This document shows positions 35,632 through 43,669 of a stretch of 64,000 nucleotides of DNA, in pieces. Position 1 is the first letter of the stretch; the number at the start of each line of letters is the position of its first letter. Position numbers and translations under genes: made by a program. The stretch spans positions 471,803 through 535,802 of the forward strand of contig CAVWRJ010000013.1 in NCBI GenBank assembly GCA_963757335.1. Direction: 5' to 3'. Origin of the DNA: an uncultured Acidobacteriota bacterium (GTDB taxonomy: Bacteria; Acidobacteriota; Thermoanaerobaculia; Multivoradales; UBA5704). The notes beneath the pieces were generated by a model. That model was not told the origin of the DNA, ran no database searches, and was given only the letters and a program-made list of their open reading frames with translations.

Positions 35632-36531
35632 GTGCCGGCTGCCACCTCGACCCGAGGCCGCCATGGCGCGCCCCTTCGCCGCTACCTGTCCTGCCTGCGC
35701 CTGCCAGAGATCCTCGTTCTCCAGGGCTCACCCCTGCTCGGCGCCGCCTTCGCGATCCGCCACCCGGCGGCGGCGAACCTGGGGCCGCTCGCGATCCTCA
35801 CCGTCGCCAATGTCTTCCTGATGGCGCACATCTTCATGCTCAACGACTGGTCCGGCCTGACCACCGACCTCGCCGACCCCAACAAGGCCGCCAGCGTCTT
35901 CACGGCCAGAGGCGTGGACCGCAAGGAGATCGGCGGTCTGGCGGCCGGCCTGCTGGCCTTCAGTCTCCTCCTCTTCAGCCGCCTCGGCCCCAGCACTCTC
36001 TGGCTGGCACTGGCCATCGCTACTTTGAGCGCCCTCTACTCCCTACCCCACTTTAATTGGAAGGGCAGACCGCTCCTCAACTCGGCGGCCCACCTGGCCG
36101 GCGGCGCCCTCCACTTCCTCCTCGGCTACTCCCTGGGGAGCGCCATCGACCGTCGCGGGTTCGCCATTGCCACCTTCTTCGCCCTGACCTTCGCCGCCGG
36201 CCACCTGACCCAGGAGGTCCGCGACCACCAGGGCGACGTCCTCAACGCCATCCGGACGAACGCGGTGATCTTCGGCCCCCGCCGCACCTTCGCCGCCAGC
36301 CTGGCCCTCTTCACCCTGGCCCATGCCCTCCTTTGCCTCCTGGCCCTCCAGGGCATCCTCCCCCGTCCCCTGGCAGCCCTCATCGTCCTCTACCCCGTTC
36401 ACCTACGCTGGTCGTGGAGGACTCTGGCCGAGGGCCTCACCTACGCGAGCATCCGCCGCCTGCAAGCCCGTTACCGCGTGCTGTACGCCATCATCGGACT
36501 GGCAATGGTGGCAGCCCTATGGCTTGACTGA
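35632..36531 (+). CDS. UbiA-family prenyltransferase (start uncertain: GTG 35632, GTG 35536 or ATG 35491)
   Basis: NDWSGLTTDLAD (NDxxDxxxD) motif after two TM helices; 8-9 TM helices; no in-frame ATG between 35491 and the first TM. Confidence 0.65.
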   Translation: MPAATSTRGRHGAPLRRYLSCLRLPEILVLQGSPLLGAAFAIRHPAAANLGPLAILTVANVFLMAHIFMLNDWSGLTTDLADPNKAASVFTARGVDRKEIGGLAAGLLAFSLLLFSRLGPSTLWLALAIATLSALYSLPHFNWKGRPLLNSAAHLAGGALHFLLGYSLGSAIDRRGFAIATFFALTFAAGHLTQEVRDHQGDVLNAIRTNAVIFGPRRTFAASLALFTLAHALLCLLALQGILPRPLAALIVLYPVHLRWSWRTLAEGLTYASIRRLQARYRVLYAIIGLAMVAALWLD

Positions 36532-37803
36532 AAGGGCGCGTTCGAGGAGCAGCTCGCGCTCCCTCGCGTTTCGCGTCATCTCCGCCGCCCGCTCGAACTC
36601 CCCGCGTGCCTCGTCATAACGTCCAAGCTTGGCGAGGAAATCGCCGCGCACGCTCGGCAGGAGGTGGTAGCCCTGGAGCGCGGGCTCGGCGGTCAGCGCA
36701 TCGACCCGCTCCAGCCCCGCCGCCGGCCCGAACGCCATGGCGACGGCGACCGCGCGGTTGAGCTCGACGACGGGGGAGGGGGTGAGCTGGGCGAGCACGG
36801 CGTAGAGCGCCGCGATGCGCTGCCAGTCGGTCTCCTCCGGGGTCCGCGCCCGAGCGTGACAGGCGGCGATCGCGGCCTGGAGCGCGTACGGGCCCTCTGC
36901 GCCGCCGAGGGCCTCGGCACGCTTGAGCGCGGCGAGTCCCCGGCGGATGAGGAGATGGTCCCAACGACCACGGTTCTGATCGAGGAGGAGGATGGGCTCT
37001 CCCGACGGACCGACCCGCGCCCGGGAGCGCGACGCCTGGATCTCCATGAGGGCGACGAGGCCGTGGACCTCCGGCTCCTTGGGCGCGAGCCCGGCGAGGA
37101 TACGGCCGAGACGGAGCGCCTCCTCGCAGAGGCCGGGCCGCATCCAGTCGTCCCCCGCGGTCGCCGAGTAGCCTTCGTTGAAGATAAGATAGATGACTTC
37201 GAGCACCGAGGAGAGCCGGGCGGCGAGCTCGGCGCCGCGGGGGACCTCGAAGGGGACCCGCGCCTCGGCCAGGGTCCGCTTGGCCCGGACGATGCGCTGG
37301 GCGACGGTCGGCTCCGGGACTAAGAAGGCACGCGCGATCTCCTCGGTCGTCAGCCCCCCGAGGAGACGGAGGGTGAGGGCCACCCGCGCCTCGGCGGAGA
37401 GCACCGGGTGACAGGCCGTGAAGACGAGGCGGAGGAGGTCGTCGCCGATGTCGTCGTCTAGAGCGGTCTCTACATCCGCCACGGCCCTCTCCTGCTGGAC
37501 CGTGAGCTCGCGGCCGAGCTCCTCGTGCTTGCGCTCCACGAGTTCCCGGCGGCGCAGCCGGTCGATGGCGCGATGCTTCGCGGTCGCCATGAGCCAGGCG
37601 CCCGGATTGTCCGGGACGCCCGACTCCGGCCACCGTTCGAGGGCGACGACTAAAGCGTCCTGTGCCAGCTCCTCGGCGAGACCGACGTCGCGCACGATCC
37701 GCGCGAGGCCGGCGATGAGCCTCGCCGACTCGATCCGCCAGACCGCATCGATTGCGCGATGGGCGGGATGGGCGGGATAGGTTTCGGTGGCCGTCACGGC
37801 CAC
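36517..37803 (-). CDS. ECF sigma factor with long C-terminal TPR-like extension (ECF42-type)
   Basis: Sigma-70 regions 2 and 4 (ALVVALERW..., EEIARAFLVPEPTVAQRIVRAKRTL) followed by ~250-aa helical extension; adjacent DGPF/YciI-like gene as expected for ECF42. Confidence 0.8.
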   Translation of the reverse strand: MAVTATETYPAHPAHRAIDAVWRIESARLIAGLARIVRDVGLAEELAQDALVVALERWPESGVPDNPGAWLMATAKHRAIDRLRRRELVERKHEELGRELTVQQERAVADVETALDDDIGDDLLRLVFTACHPVLSAEARVALTLRLLGGLTTEEIARAFLVPEPTVAQRIVRAKRTLAEARVPFEVPRGAELAARLSSVLEVIYLIFNEGYSATAGDDWMRPGLCEEALRLGRILAGLAPKEPEVHGLVALMEIQASRSRARVGPSGEPILLLDQNRGRWDHLLIRRGLAALKRAEALGGAEGPYALQAAIAACHARARTPEETDWQRIAALYAVLAQLTPSPVVELNRAVAVAMAFGPAAGLERVDALTAEPALQGYHLLPSVRGDFLAKLGRYDEARGEFERAAEMTRNARERELLLERALSVKP

Positions 37804-37856
37804 CGATCAGACCATCTTAAATAAAGCGGTGCAAGTCTCGCGGCGCTCCCCGCCGG

Positions 37857-38282
37857 CTACGGCTTGGCGGCGATCTGCGCGCGCAGGCGCTCCTCCTGCT
37901 CCCGGAGCTCGGGAGTGAACTCTGGCCCGAAGTCCTCCGCCTCGAACACCTGGCGGATCTCGATCTCGGACTCGCCGTTAAACGGGTTGGGACAGCGCTT
38001 GACCCATTCGATCGCCTCCTCCTTCGACTTCACCTGCCACAGCCAGAAGCCGGCGATCAGCTCCTTGGTCTCGGCGAACGGTCCGTCGATGACGGTCCGC
38101 TTCGTGCCGGAGAACTGGACGCGCGCCCCCTTCGAGCTCGATTGGAGCCCCTCGGCCGCCAGCATGACGCCGGCCTTCACCAGCTCCTCGTTGAACTGCC
38201 CCATCTCGGCGAGCAGCTTCTCGTCCGGAAGAAGTCCCGCCTCCGAGTCCTTGGTGGCTTTGACAATGACCATGAATCGCAT
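37857..38282 (-). CDS. YciI-like / DGPF-domain protein
   Basis: ATG 38280-38282 with AAGGAG RBS (longer ORF to 38396 is Arg/Pro-rich, no RBS); MRFMVIVKATKDSEAG... DGPF-type fold signature. Confidence 0.75.
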   Translation of the reverse strand: MRFMVIVKATKDSEAGLLPDEKLLAEMGQFNEELVKAGVMLAAEGLQSSSKGARVQFSGTKRTVIDGPFAETKELIAGFWLWQVKSKEEAIEWVKRCPNPFNGESEIEIRQVFEAEDFGPEFTPELREQEERLRAQIAAKP

Positions 38283-38439
38283 CGTAGTTTCTCCTTCGGG
38301 TTGCAAGGTTGGGAGCCGGGCTGCCGGGCGGTTCCGGCCGGGTGTCCTCGCCCTGGCTCTACTAGGACGTCGAACGAGGCGACTCGAAATCGACACGCCG
38401 ACCGAAATTGGGCGATAACCGCGGGAGAGGGCACCCGCC

Positions 38440-38853
38440 TCAAGGCGCCACGAGGACCATCCAGCCCACGCCGAAGCGGTCGGCGACCATGCCGAAGTGC
38501 GGGGAAAAGAAGGTCTTGCTCAAGGGCATCTGCACTTGCCCACCGTCGGCCAGGGCGGCGAACAGCCGCTCGGCCTCGGCACCGTTCGCCGCCGAGAGCG
38601 ACAGCGAAAAGCCCTGGAAGCTTGGTGCTCCCCCGCACATCCCGTCCGAGGCGAACACCGTCGAATCGCCGATGCGGAAGCTGGCATGCAGCACCTTGTC
38701 GTCGGAACCGGGCGGGATCATGCCCGGGGGGGAAGGCTCGGGGCTCTCCTTGTAGCGCAGGAGCGCCGTCACCTCGGCGCCGAGCGCGCTGCGGTAGAAC
38801 TCGATCGCCTCCTCACAGCGGCCTTCGAAGAACAGGTAGGGCTGGACTTGCAT
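38440..38853 (-). CDS. VOC-family (glyoxalase/PhnB-like) protein
   Basis: AAAAGGAGA RBS before ATG 38853; PhnB-like sequence (MQVQPYLFFEGRCEEAIEFYRSALGAEV...). Confidence 0.75.
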   Translation of the reverse strand: MQVQPYLFFEGRCEEAIEFYRSALGAEVTALLRYKESPEPSPPGMIPPGSDDKVLHASFRIGDSTVFASDGMCGGAPSFQGFSLSLSAANGAEAERLFAALADGGQVQMPLSKTFFSPHFGMVADRFGVGWMVLVAP

Positions 38854-39126
38854 GGGGTCTCCTTTTCAAGGTTGGGGGTGGGACGATCGACCGGCGTGAG
38901 GCTCCGGTGCAGGAGGCCGGTCGCGTTTCGATCTCCCAGCATACGGATCTCCTTTGTCGGTACTGGGTCATTTCGACCGAGGTCCTTGCCATCGGCAAGC
39001 GAACCAGAATCGCGCGCCGGGGGCGGGACTGTCAAGCGGGACGGATACCGGCCTTCTGAGCCGGCGCTTGGGGCAGTAGGGCCCGAAGCTTGCAGGGTGC
39101 CTCCTTACAACAGAGGAGGAACTCCC

Positions 39127-40041
39127 ATGACCGCGTCTCGACCCGGCTTCAGAATCTTCTCCCTCGCCGCGTTCTCCCTGCTCTTCGCCGTGGCGCCGCT
39201 CCTGGCGGCGACCTCGACGGTCGTCTCCTGCCCCTACTCGACGGGTGGCGACGACATCCTGCGCGGTTTCTACCTGCAGGGCTATGCGGGTTCGAATCTG
39301 CGGACCGTCACCCTCGCCTACACCGCCAACGTCGCCGGAACGTACACGATCTCGCTCACCGCCCACCGAGGGGCTTTCGACGGCCTGGTCGTCGGCTCGC
39401 AGAGCGTGGCCGTCACCCTGAACCCCGGCCTGTTCACGGCGGTGACCTTCGACTTCGGCGGCGTCAAGGTGCCGACGGGCGCGACTCTCGCCTTCACCCA
39501 GACGGCCTCAGGCGGCCAGGTCTTCTACAACGTGGGGCCCTGTCAACCCGGCTCCTGCTCGGCCTGCCCCGGGGTGGTCGAGACCAACGATACGACACCG
39601 CCCCTCTCGACCGCGATCCGACAGAGCGTCGGCATCACCGTCACCCAGGACACCGCGGCCGGCGTCTGTACCCCCAGCGACACCGTCCTCTGTATCGACA
39701 ACAACCCCGGCGACCGCCGGTTCATGATCACCGCCACCTACTCGACGAGCCAGGGTGGCGGGCTGTCGGGCAACGGACACGCGATCGCGCTCTCGTCGCT
39801 GGGCGTCAACCAGGGCGGGCTGTTCTGGTTCTTCGCGCGGACCAACCCGGAGATGCTCGTCAAGGTGCTCAACGCCTGCGGCACCAACAGCCGGTTCTGG
39901 GTGTTCTTCTCCGCCGGCACCAACGTGGGCTTCAGCGTGACCGTGCGCGACACCGTCACCGGCAGCCAGAAAACCTATATCAACCCGGATCTCAATCCCG
40001 CGCCGCCGCTCCAGGACACCAACGCCTTTACCTGCCCCTAG
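39127..40041 (+). CDS. Secreted protein: unknown beta-rich N-terminal domain + the shared Cys-containing C-terminal domain
   Basis: GAGGAGG RBS before ATG 39127; signal peptide MTASRPGFRIFSLAAFSLLFAVAPLLAA; C-terminal FWFF...NPEMLVKVLNAC...RDTVTGSQKTY...AFTCP. Confidence 0.75.
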   Translation: MTASRPGFRIFSLAAFSLLFAVAPLLAATSTVVSCPYSTGGDDILRGFYLQGYAGSNLRTVTLAYTANVAGTYTISLTAHRGAFDGLVVGSQSVAVTLNPGLFTAVTFDFGGVKVPTGATLAFTQTASGGQVFYNVGPCQPGSCSACPGVVETNDTTPPLSTAIRQSVGITVTQDTAAGVCTPSDTVLCIDNNPGDRRFMITATYSTSQGGGLSGNGHAIALSSLGVNQGGLFWFFARTNPEMLVKVLNACGTNSRFWVFFSAGTNVGFSVTVRDTVTGSQKTYINPDLNPAPPLQDTNAFTCP

Positions 40042-40052
40042 CTGCGGGCAGC

Positions 40053-41486
40053 TCAGCCGAGAGTCCGCACGAACCGGTCGAACACCGTCTTCCTCTGCGT
40101 CTCGACGCAGAGGAAGACGGGGGCCTGCCTCCACCCCACGATGTTCGACACCGCGCTCCCGGCGGCCCCGAGCGTCACGGTCGCGAAGGGGAGCCCCTGG
40201 CAATGGCCGTCCCGGCTCGGGCCGCGGAAGAGGTGGACCTGCGGGAAGGGGGTTGGCGTGGCGTTGATCGAGACTTCGATCTGGGTGGTGAAGCGGTGCT
40301 CGGCAGGGAACCAGCGGGAGATGAAGCGGGTCACCTCCTCGTGAACCGGCCCGTCGTAGAGGAGCCGGTTGGGCGAGCCCGCTCCGAGGTCGCCGACGAG
40401 GGCGCCCGCGGTCGCATTGATCAGGAGCAGCTGGCGGATCTGGGCGGGCGGCAGATCCGGGAGCTGCTCTAAAAGAAGGGCGAGGGTTCCGGTCACGAAG
40501 GGCGCCGAGATCGAGCTGCCGGAGTTGACGGTGGGCTGCTCGCCGCCCTGGGTCGTCACGTCCTTCCCGGGCGCGAAGAGGTCGACGCAGCGGCCGAAAC
40601 CGGAACGTGGCGGGCGTTGATCGAGGATGTCGCTGATCCCCACGGTGATCGTCTCGGGCGAGCTGGCGGGGGTGGACTGGCAGGCGTCGGCGCCATTGTT
40701 GCCGGCGGCGTCGACCAGGAGGACCCCCAAGGCGTCGAGCTGCTGGAAGAGCGCCTCCTCGGCGGCGTTCGGGCCGAACCCGATATAGCTCATGTTGACG
40801 ACCGCCGGGACCGTGGGATTCGCCTGGCGCCAGGTGACGATGTCGTCCAGGGCGGCGAGCTCGGCGAAGCCGTAGATGTTGCCGGCGCAGTCGGCGATCC
40901 GCATCAGGAAGAGCGAGGCCTCCGGAGCGACGCCGTAGACCTTGCCAGCGGCAGCACTGGAGACGATCGTGGCGTGGGTATGGTCCGTCCCGCAGGTGTT
41001 GAAGACTCCCAGGCCGTCCGAGAGGTAGTCGGTGCCGCCGACGATCCGCGCCCCGAATTCGTCCAGGTTGGGGAAGATGCTGGTGTCGAGGACGAAGATC
41101 CGCACTCCGCGCCCGGTGTAGGGGCGGACGGCGTTGCCGTCCAGGGGGAGGGTCCGCTGGTTGACGCGGTCGAGCGGCCAGGGGGCGCCGTCCGCCGTCA
41201 GGTGGAGGGTCGGCAGAAGCTGGACGTCGTAGCCCTGGAAGGCCAGGAGCCGAGCGGTCTCGGCGGGCATCTCGGCCACCACGGTCCCGGGGAGGTTCCG
41301 AAGCTCGCGCCGGGGGACGAGGCCGAGGGGGCGGAAGAAGGTGACCAGGCGTGTCATCCCCGCGGAGTCCCGGGCCACGGTGTTGGTCCCCGCCCGCACC
41401 ACGTACTCTCCCGCGCGAGCGGCCGGGGAAAGGGCCAGGGTCCAGACCAGCGCGAGCAGGAACGGGAAGGGGGGGAAACGTCTCAT
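40053..41486 (-). CDS. S8-family (subtilisin-like) serine peptidase precursor
   Basis: ATG 41484-41486 with AGGAGG RBS and signal peptide MRRFPPFPFLLALVWTLALSPAARA; catalytic Asp (VLDTS), His (GTDHTHAT) and Ser (GSSISAPFVTG) blocks. Upstream in-frame (QGADDSR)n extension rejected. Confidence 0.8.
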   Translation of the reverse strand: MRRFPPFPFLLALVWTLALSPAARAGEYVVRAGTNTVARDSAGMTRLVTFFRPLGLVPRRELRNLPGTVVAEMPAETARLLAFQGYDVQLLPTLHLTADGAPWPLDRVNQRTLPLDGNAVRPYTGRGVRIFVLDTSIFPNLDEFGARIVGGTDYLSDGLGVFNTCGTDHTHATIVSSAAAGKVYGVAPEASLFLMRIADCAGNIYGFAELAALDDIVTWRQANPTVPAVVNMSYIGFGPNAAEEALFQQLDALGVLLVDAAGNNGADACQSTPASSPETITVGISDILDQRPPRSGFGRCVDLFAPGKDVTTQGGEQPTVNSGSSISAPFVTGTLALLLEQLPDLPPAQIRQLLLINATAGALVGDLGAGSPNRLLYDGPVHEEVTRFISRWFPAEHRFTTQIEVSINATPTPFPQVHLFRGPSRDGHCQGLPFATVTLGAAGSAVSNIVGWRQAPVFLCVETQRKTVFDRFVRTLG

Positions 41487-41573
41487 CGATCGACCTCCTG
41501 GTACAGCCCGACATCCTCTAAGTGGGTGCCTCGGGGGGGGCGGGAGGAGGACACTCTCATCGTCGCGACGCGG

Positions 41574-41888
41574 GTCGTCGGCGCCCGGGCGCGGGTCGTC
41601 CGCGCCCTGGCGCGAGTCGTCCGCGCCCTGGCGCGAGTCGTCCGCGCCCTGGCGCGAGTCGTCCGCGCTCTGGCGCAAGTCGTCCGCGCCCTGGCGCGAG
41701 TCGTCCGCGCCCTGGCGCGGGTCGTCCGCGCCCTGGTGCGAGTCGTCCGCTCCCTGGCGCGAGTCGTCCGCGCCCTGGCGCGAGTCGTCCGCGCCCTGGT
41801 GCGGGTCGTCCGCGCCCTGGCGCGAGTCGTCTGCGCCCTGGCGCGAGTCGTCCGCGCCCTGGTGCGGGTCGTCCGCGCCCTGGCGCCG
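41574..41888. repeat. Near-perfect 21-bp tandem repeat, ~15 copies, unit GTCGTCCGCGCCCTGGCGCGA
   Basis: Read directly; few point variants (GCGGG, CTGGT, GCTCT, TCTGC); each unit contains imperfect palindrome CGCGCC-CT-GGCGCG; open in frames of both strands (RPRPGAS / QGADDSR). Confidence 0.85.
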
Positions 41889-41935
41889 GTCCAAGCGAGC
41901 AGGAGCTTGGCATTGACCCTGCTAAACTAGCTGTG

Positions 41936-42220
41936 ATGAGCCCTATCCTGGAGAGATATCGAGAGGAGATCCTCACCGTAGCGACTCGCCACGGCGTCAA
42001 GAACGTACGCGTGTTCGGCTCTCTGGCTCGCGGGGAGGGTAGCGAGAGCAGTGACCTCGACTTACTCGTGACTCTCGGAGAAGGGCGTTCGCTTCTAGAT
42101 CTAATAGGTCTTAAGCAGGACGTGGAGGACATCCTGCATCGTCCGGTGGACGTGGTGACGGAGCTAGCCCTCTCTCCCTATCTGCGAGAGCGCGTCCTTG
42201 CCGAAGCCATTCCGCTATGA
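41936..42220 (+). CDS. mntA: MntA-type minimal nucleotidyltransferase antitoxin
   Basis: [18 protein letters not shown] NTase motif; ATGA overlap with hepT; start ATG 41936 (GTG 41933 possible), weak RBS. Confidence 0.7.
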   Translation: MSPILERYREEILTVATRHGVKNVRVFGSLARGEGSESSDLDLLVTLGEGRSLLDLIGLKQDVEDILHRPVDVVTELALSPYLRERVLAEAIPL

Positions 42221-42567
42221 GCCGAGACCAACTCTACCTTCGGCACGTGCTGGATGCGATTGTGAAGGTCGAGCGCTATGCTGCGGTGGGCCACCACGAG
42301 TTCATGGCCGCGTCCCACTGGCAAGATGCTGTGATCCGCCAGTTCGAGATTATCGGCGAAGCAGTGAAGCGACTCCCTTCTGAGGTTACCGAGCGCCGAC
42401 CTGACATCCCTTGGCGTCGCATCGCCGGTATGCGGGATGTCCTGATCCACAACTATATGGGCGTGGACCTGGAGGCGGTCTGGCAGGTTACGCAAGACGA
42501 GCTGCCCAACCTGAGACAGGCTATAGAGGAGCTCCTGGACAAGCAGGCGGGGGACCTGAGCCGGTAA
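42217..42567 (+). CDS. hepT: HepT-type (DUF86) HEPN toxin
   Basis: Rx4HxY motif (MRDVLIHNY); 116 aa; translationally coupled to mntA. Confidence 0.8.
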   Translation: MSRDQLYLRHVLDAIVKVERYAAVGHHEFMAASHWQDAVIRQFEIIGEAVKRLPSEVTERRPDIPWRRIAGMRDVLIHNYMGVDLEAVWQVTQDELPNLRQAIEELLDKQAGDLSR

Positions 42568-42643
42568 CGGCCCTTGTTGTACGACAAGTCTGTTGTACGA
42601 CAAGGTTGTCGTAAGGGTCAAGCTCTCTCCGGGCCTACTCACT

Positions 42644-43669
42644 TCACAGCAGGTGCCCGGCGCCTGGCCGCAGCGCCACCCGCAAGTCCGCCCCCACCGC
42701 CAGCGCCGCCCCCGGCGCCAAGTGCGCCAGGACCTCCTCCCCGCCTGGAAGCCGCAGGACCACCCGGTCGTAGGGGCCGAGCCCGCGCGAGTCGACGACC
42801 GTTGCAGGCACCCCACTCGGATCGACGATCAGATCCTCGGGGCGGACGAGGAGCTGCTGGCCTTCCAACGCGGGCAGGTCGAGAGCACCGAGCGCGGTGA
42901 CCGGCCGGCCGCCCTTCAGGGTGACCGGGAGGAGATTCGCCTCACCCAGGAAGCTCGCCACGAAGGGGTCGGCCGGGCGGCGGTAGAGGTCGAGGGGGGC
43001 GCCCGCCTGGACGATCTGGCCACGGTTTAGCACTACCAGGTGGCCGGCCAGGAGCATCGCCTCCTCCTGGTCGTGGGTGACGTAGAGGACGGTAGTCCCC
43101 AGGCCGGCCAGGAGGCGGGCGAGATCGGCGCGGACGGTGCGGCGGAGGCGGGCGTCGAGGGCCGAGAGCGGCTCGTCGAGGAGGAGGAGGGCCGGGCGGG
43201 GGGCGATGGCGCGGGCCACGGCGACCCGCTGCTGCTCGCCGCCGGAGAGCTCAGCCGGAAGGCGGTCGAGGAGCGCTTCGAGGGCGAGAAGAGCGGCGGC
43301 CTCCATGACCCGGCGCTCCACTGCGGACTTCGGCTGGCGGTTCTTGCGATAGCGGAGCGTGGTCAGGCCGAAGGCGATGTTCTCGCGTACGGTGAGGTGC
43401 GGGAAGAGGGCGTAGGATTGGAAGACCACCCCCACATCGCGCTTCTCGGTCGGCACTCCGGCCATGTCCAGGCCATCGAAGAGGACCGTACCCGCCGTGG
43501 GATGGAGGAGCCCGGCGAGGAGGCGCAGGAGGGTCGACTTCCCCGAGCCCGAGGGGCCGATCACCACCGTCGTCCGGCCTTCCAGGAGGTCGAACGACAG
43601 GCCTCCTTCCCCGCCGAGCACCGGCATCTCGGCATAGGCGTAGGCAACACCGCGCACGGCGATCTTCAC
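42644..43669 (-). CDS. ABC transporter ATP-binding protein (PotA/FbpC-like, with C-terminal TOBE-like domain)
   Basis: Walker A GPSGSGKST, signature LSGGEQQRVAVARA, Walker B LLLLDEP; GTG start overlapping upstream permease stop. Confidence 0.85.
   Translation of the reverse strand: MKIAVRGVAYAYAEMPVLGGEGGLSFDLLEGRTTVVIGPSGSGKSTLLRLLAGLLHPTAGTVLFDGLDMAGVPTEKRDVGVVFQSYALFPHLTVRENIAFGLTTLRYRKNRQPKSAVERRVMEAAALLALEALLDRLPAELSGGEQQRVAVARAIAPRPALLLLDEPLSALDARLRRTVRADLARLLAGLGTTVLYVTHDQEEAMLLAGHLVVLNRGQIVQAGAPLDLYRRPADPFVASFLGEANLLPVTLKGGRPVTALGALDLPALEGQQLLVRPEDLIVDPSGVPATVVDSRGLGPYDRVVLRLPGGEEVLAHLAPGAALAVGADLRVALRPGAGHLL

Noticed and set aside
39710-40041. Assigning the shared C-terminal domain to T9SS CTD, PEP-CTERM or MYXO-CTERM
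   Set aside because: There is no TM helix or Arg-rich tail (excludes PEP/MYXO-CTERM), and no Lys-rich terminal strand or the T9SS CTD motifs; T9SS assignment would also sit oddly with the inferred lineage. Left as unrecognised.
41487-41894. (QGADDSR)15 N-terminal extension of the S8 peptidase via TTG 41894, and the mirror (RPRPGAS)n extension of mntA from 41522
   Set aside because: The peptidase has its own AGGAGG RBS, ATG and signal peptide downstream of the repeats, and an internal signal peptide after a 136-aa acidic repeat is implausible. The open frames are a by-product of a 21-bp (3n) GC-rich repeat lacking stop codons.
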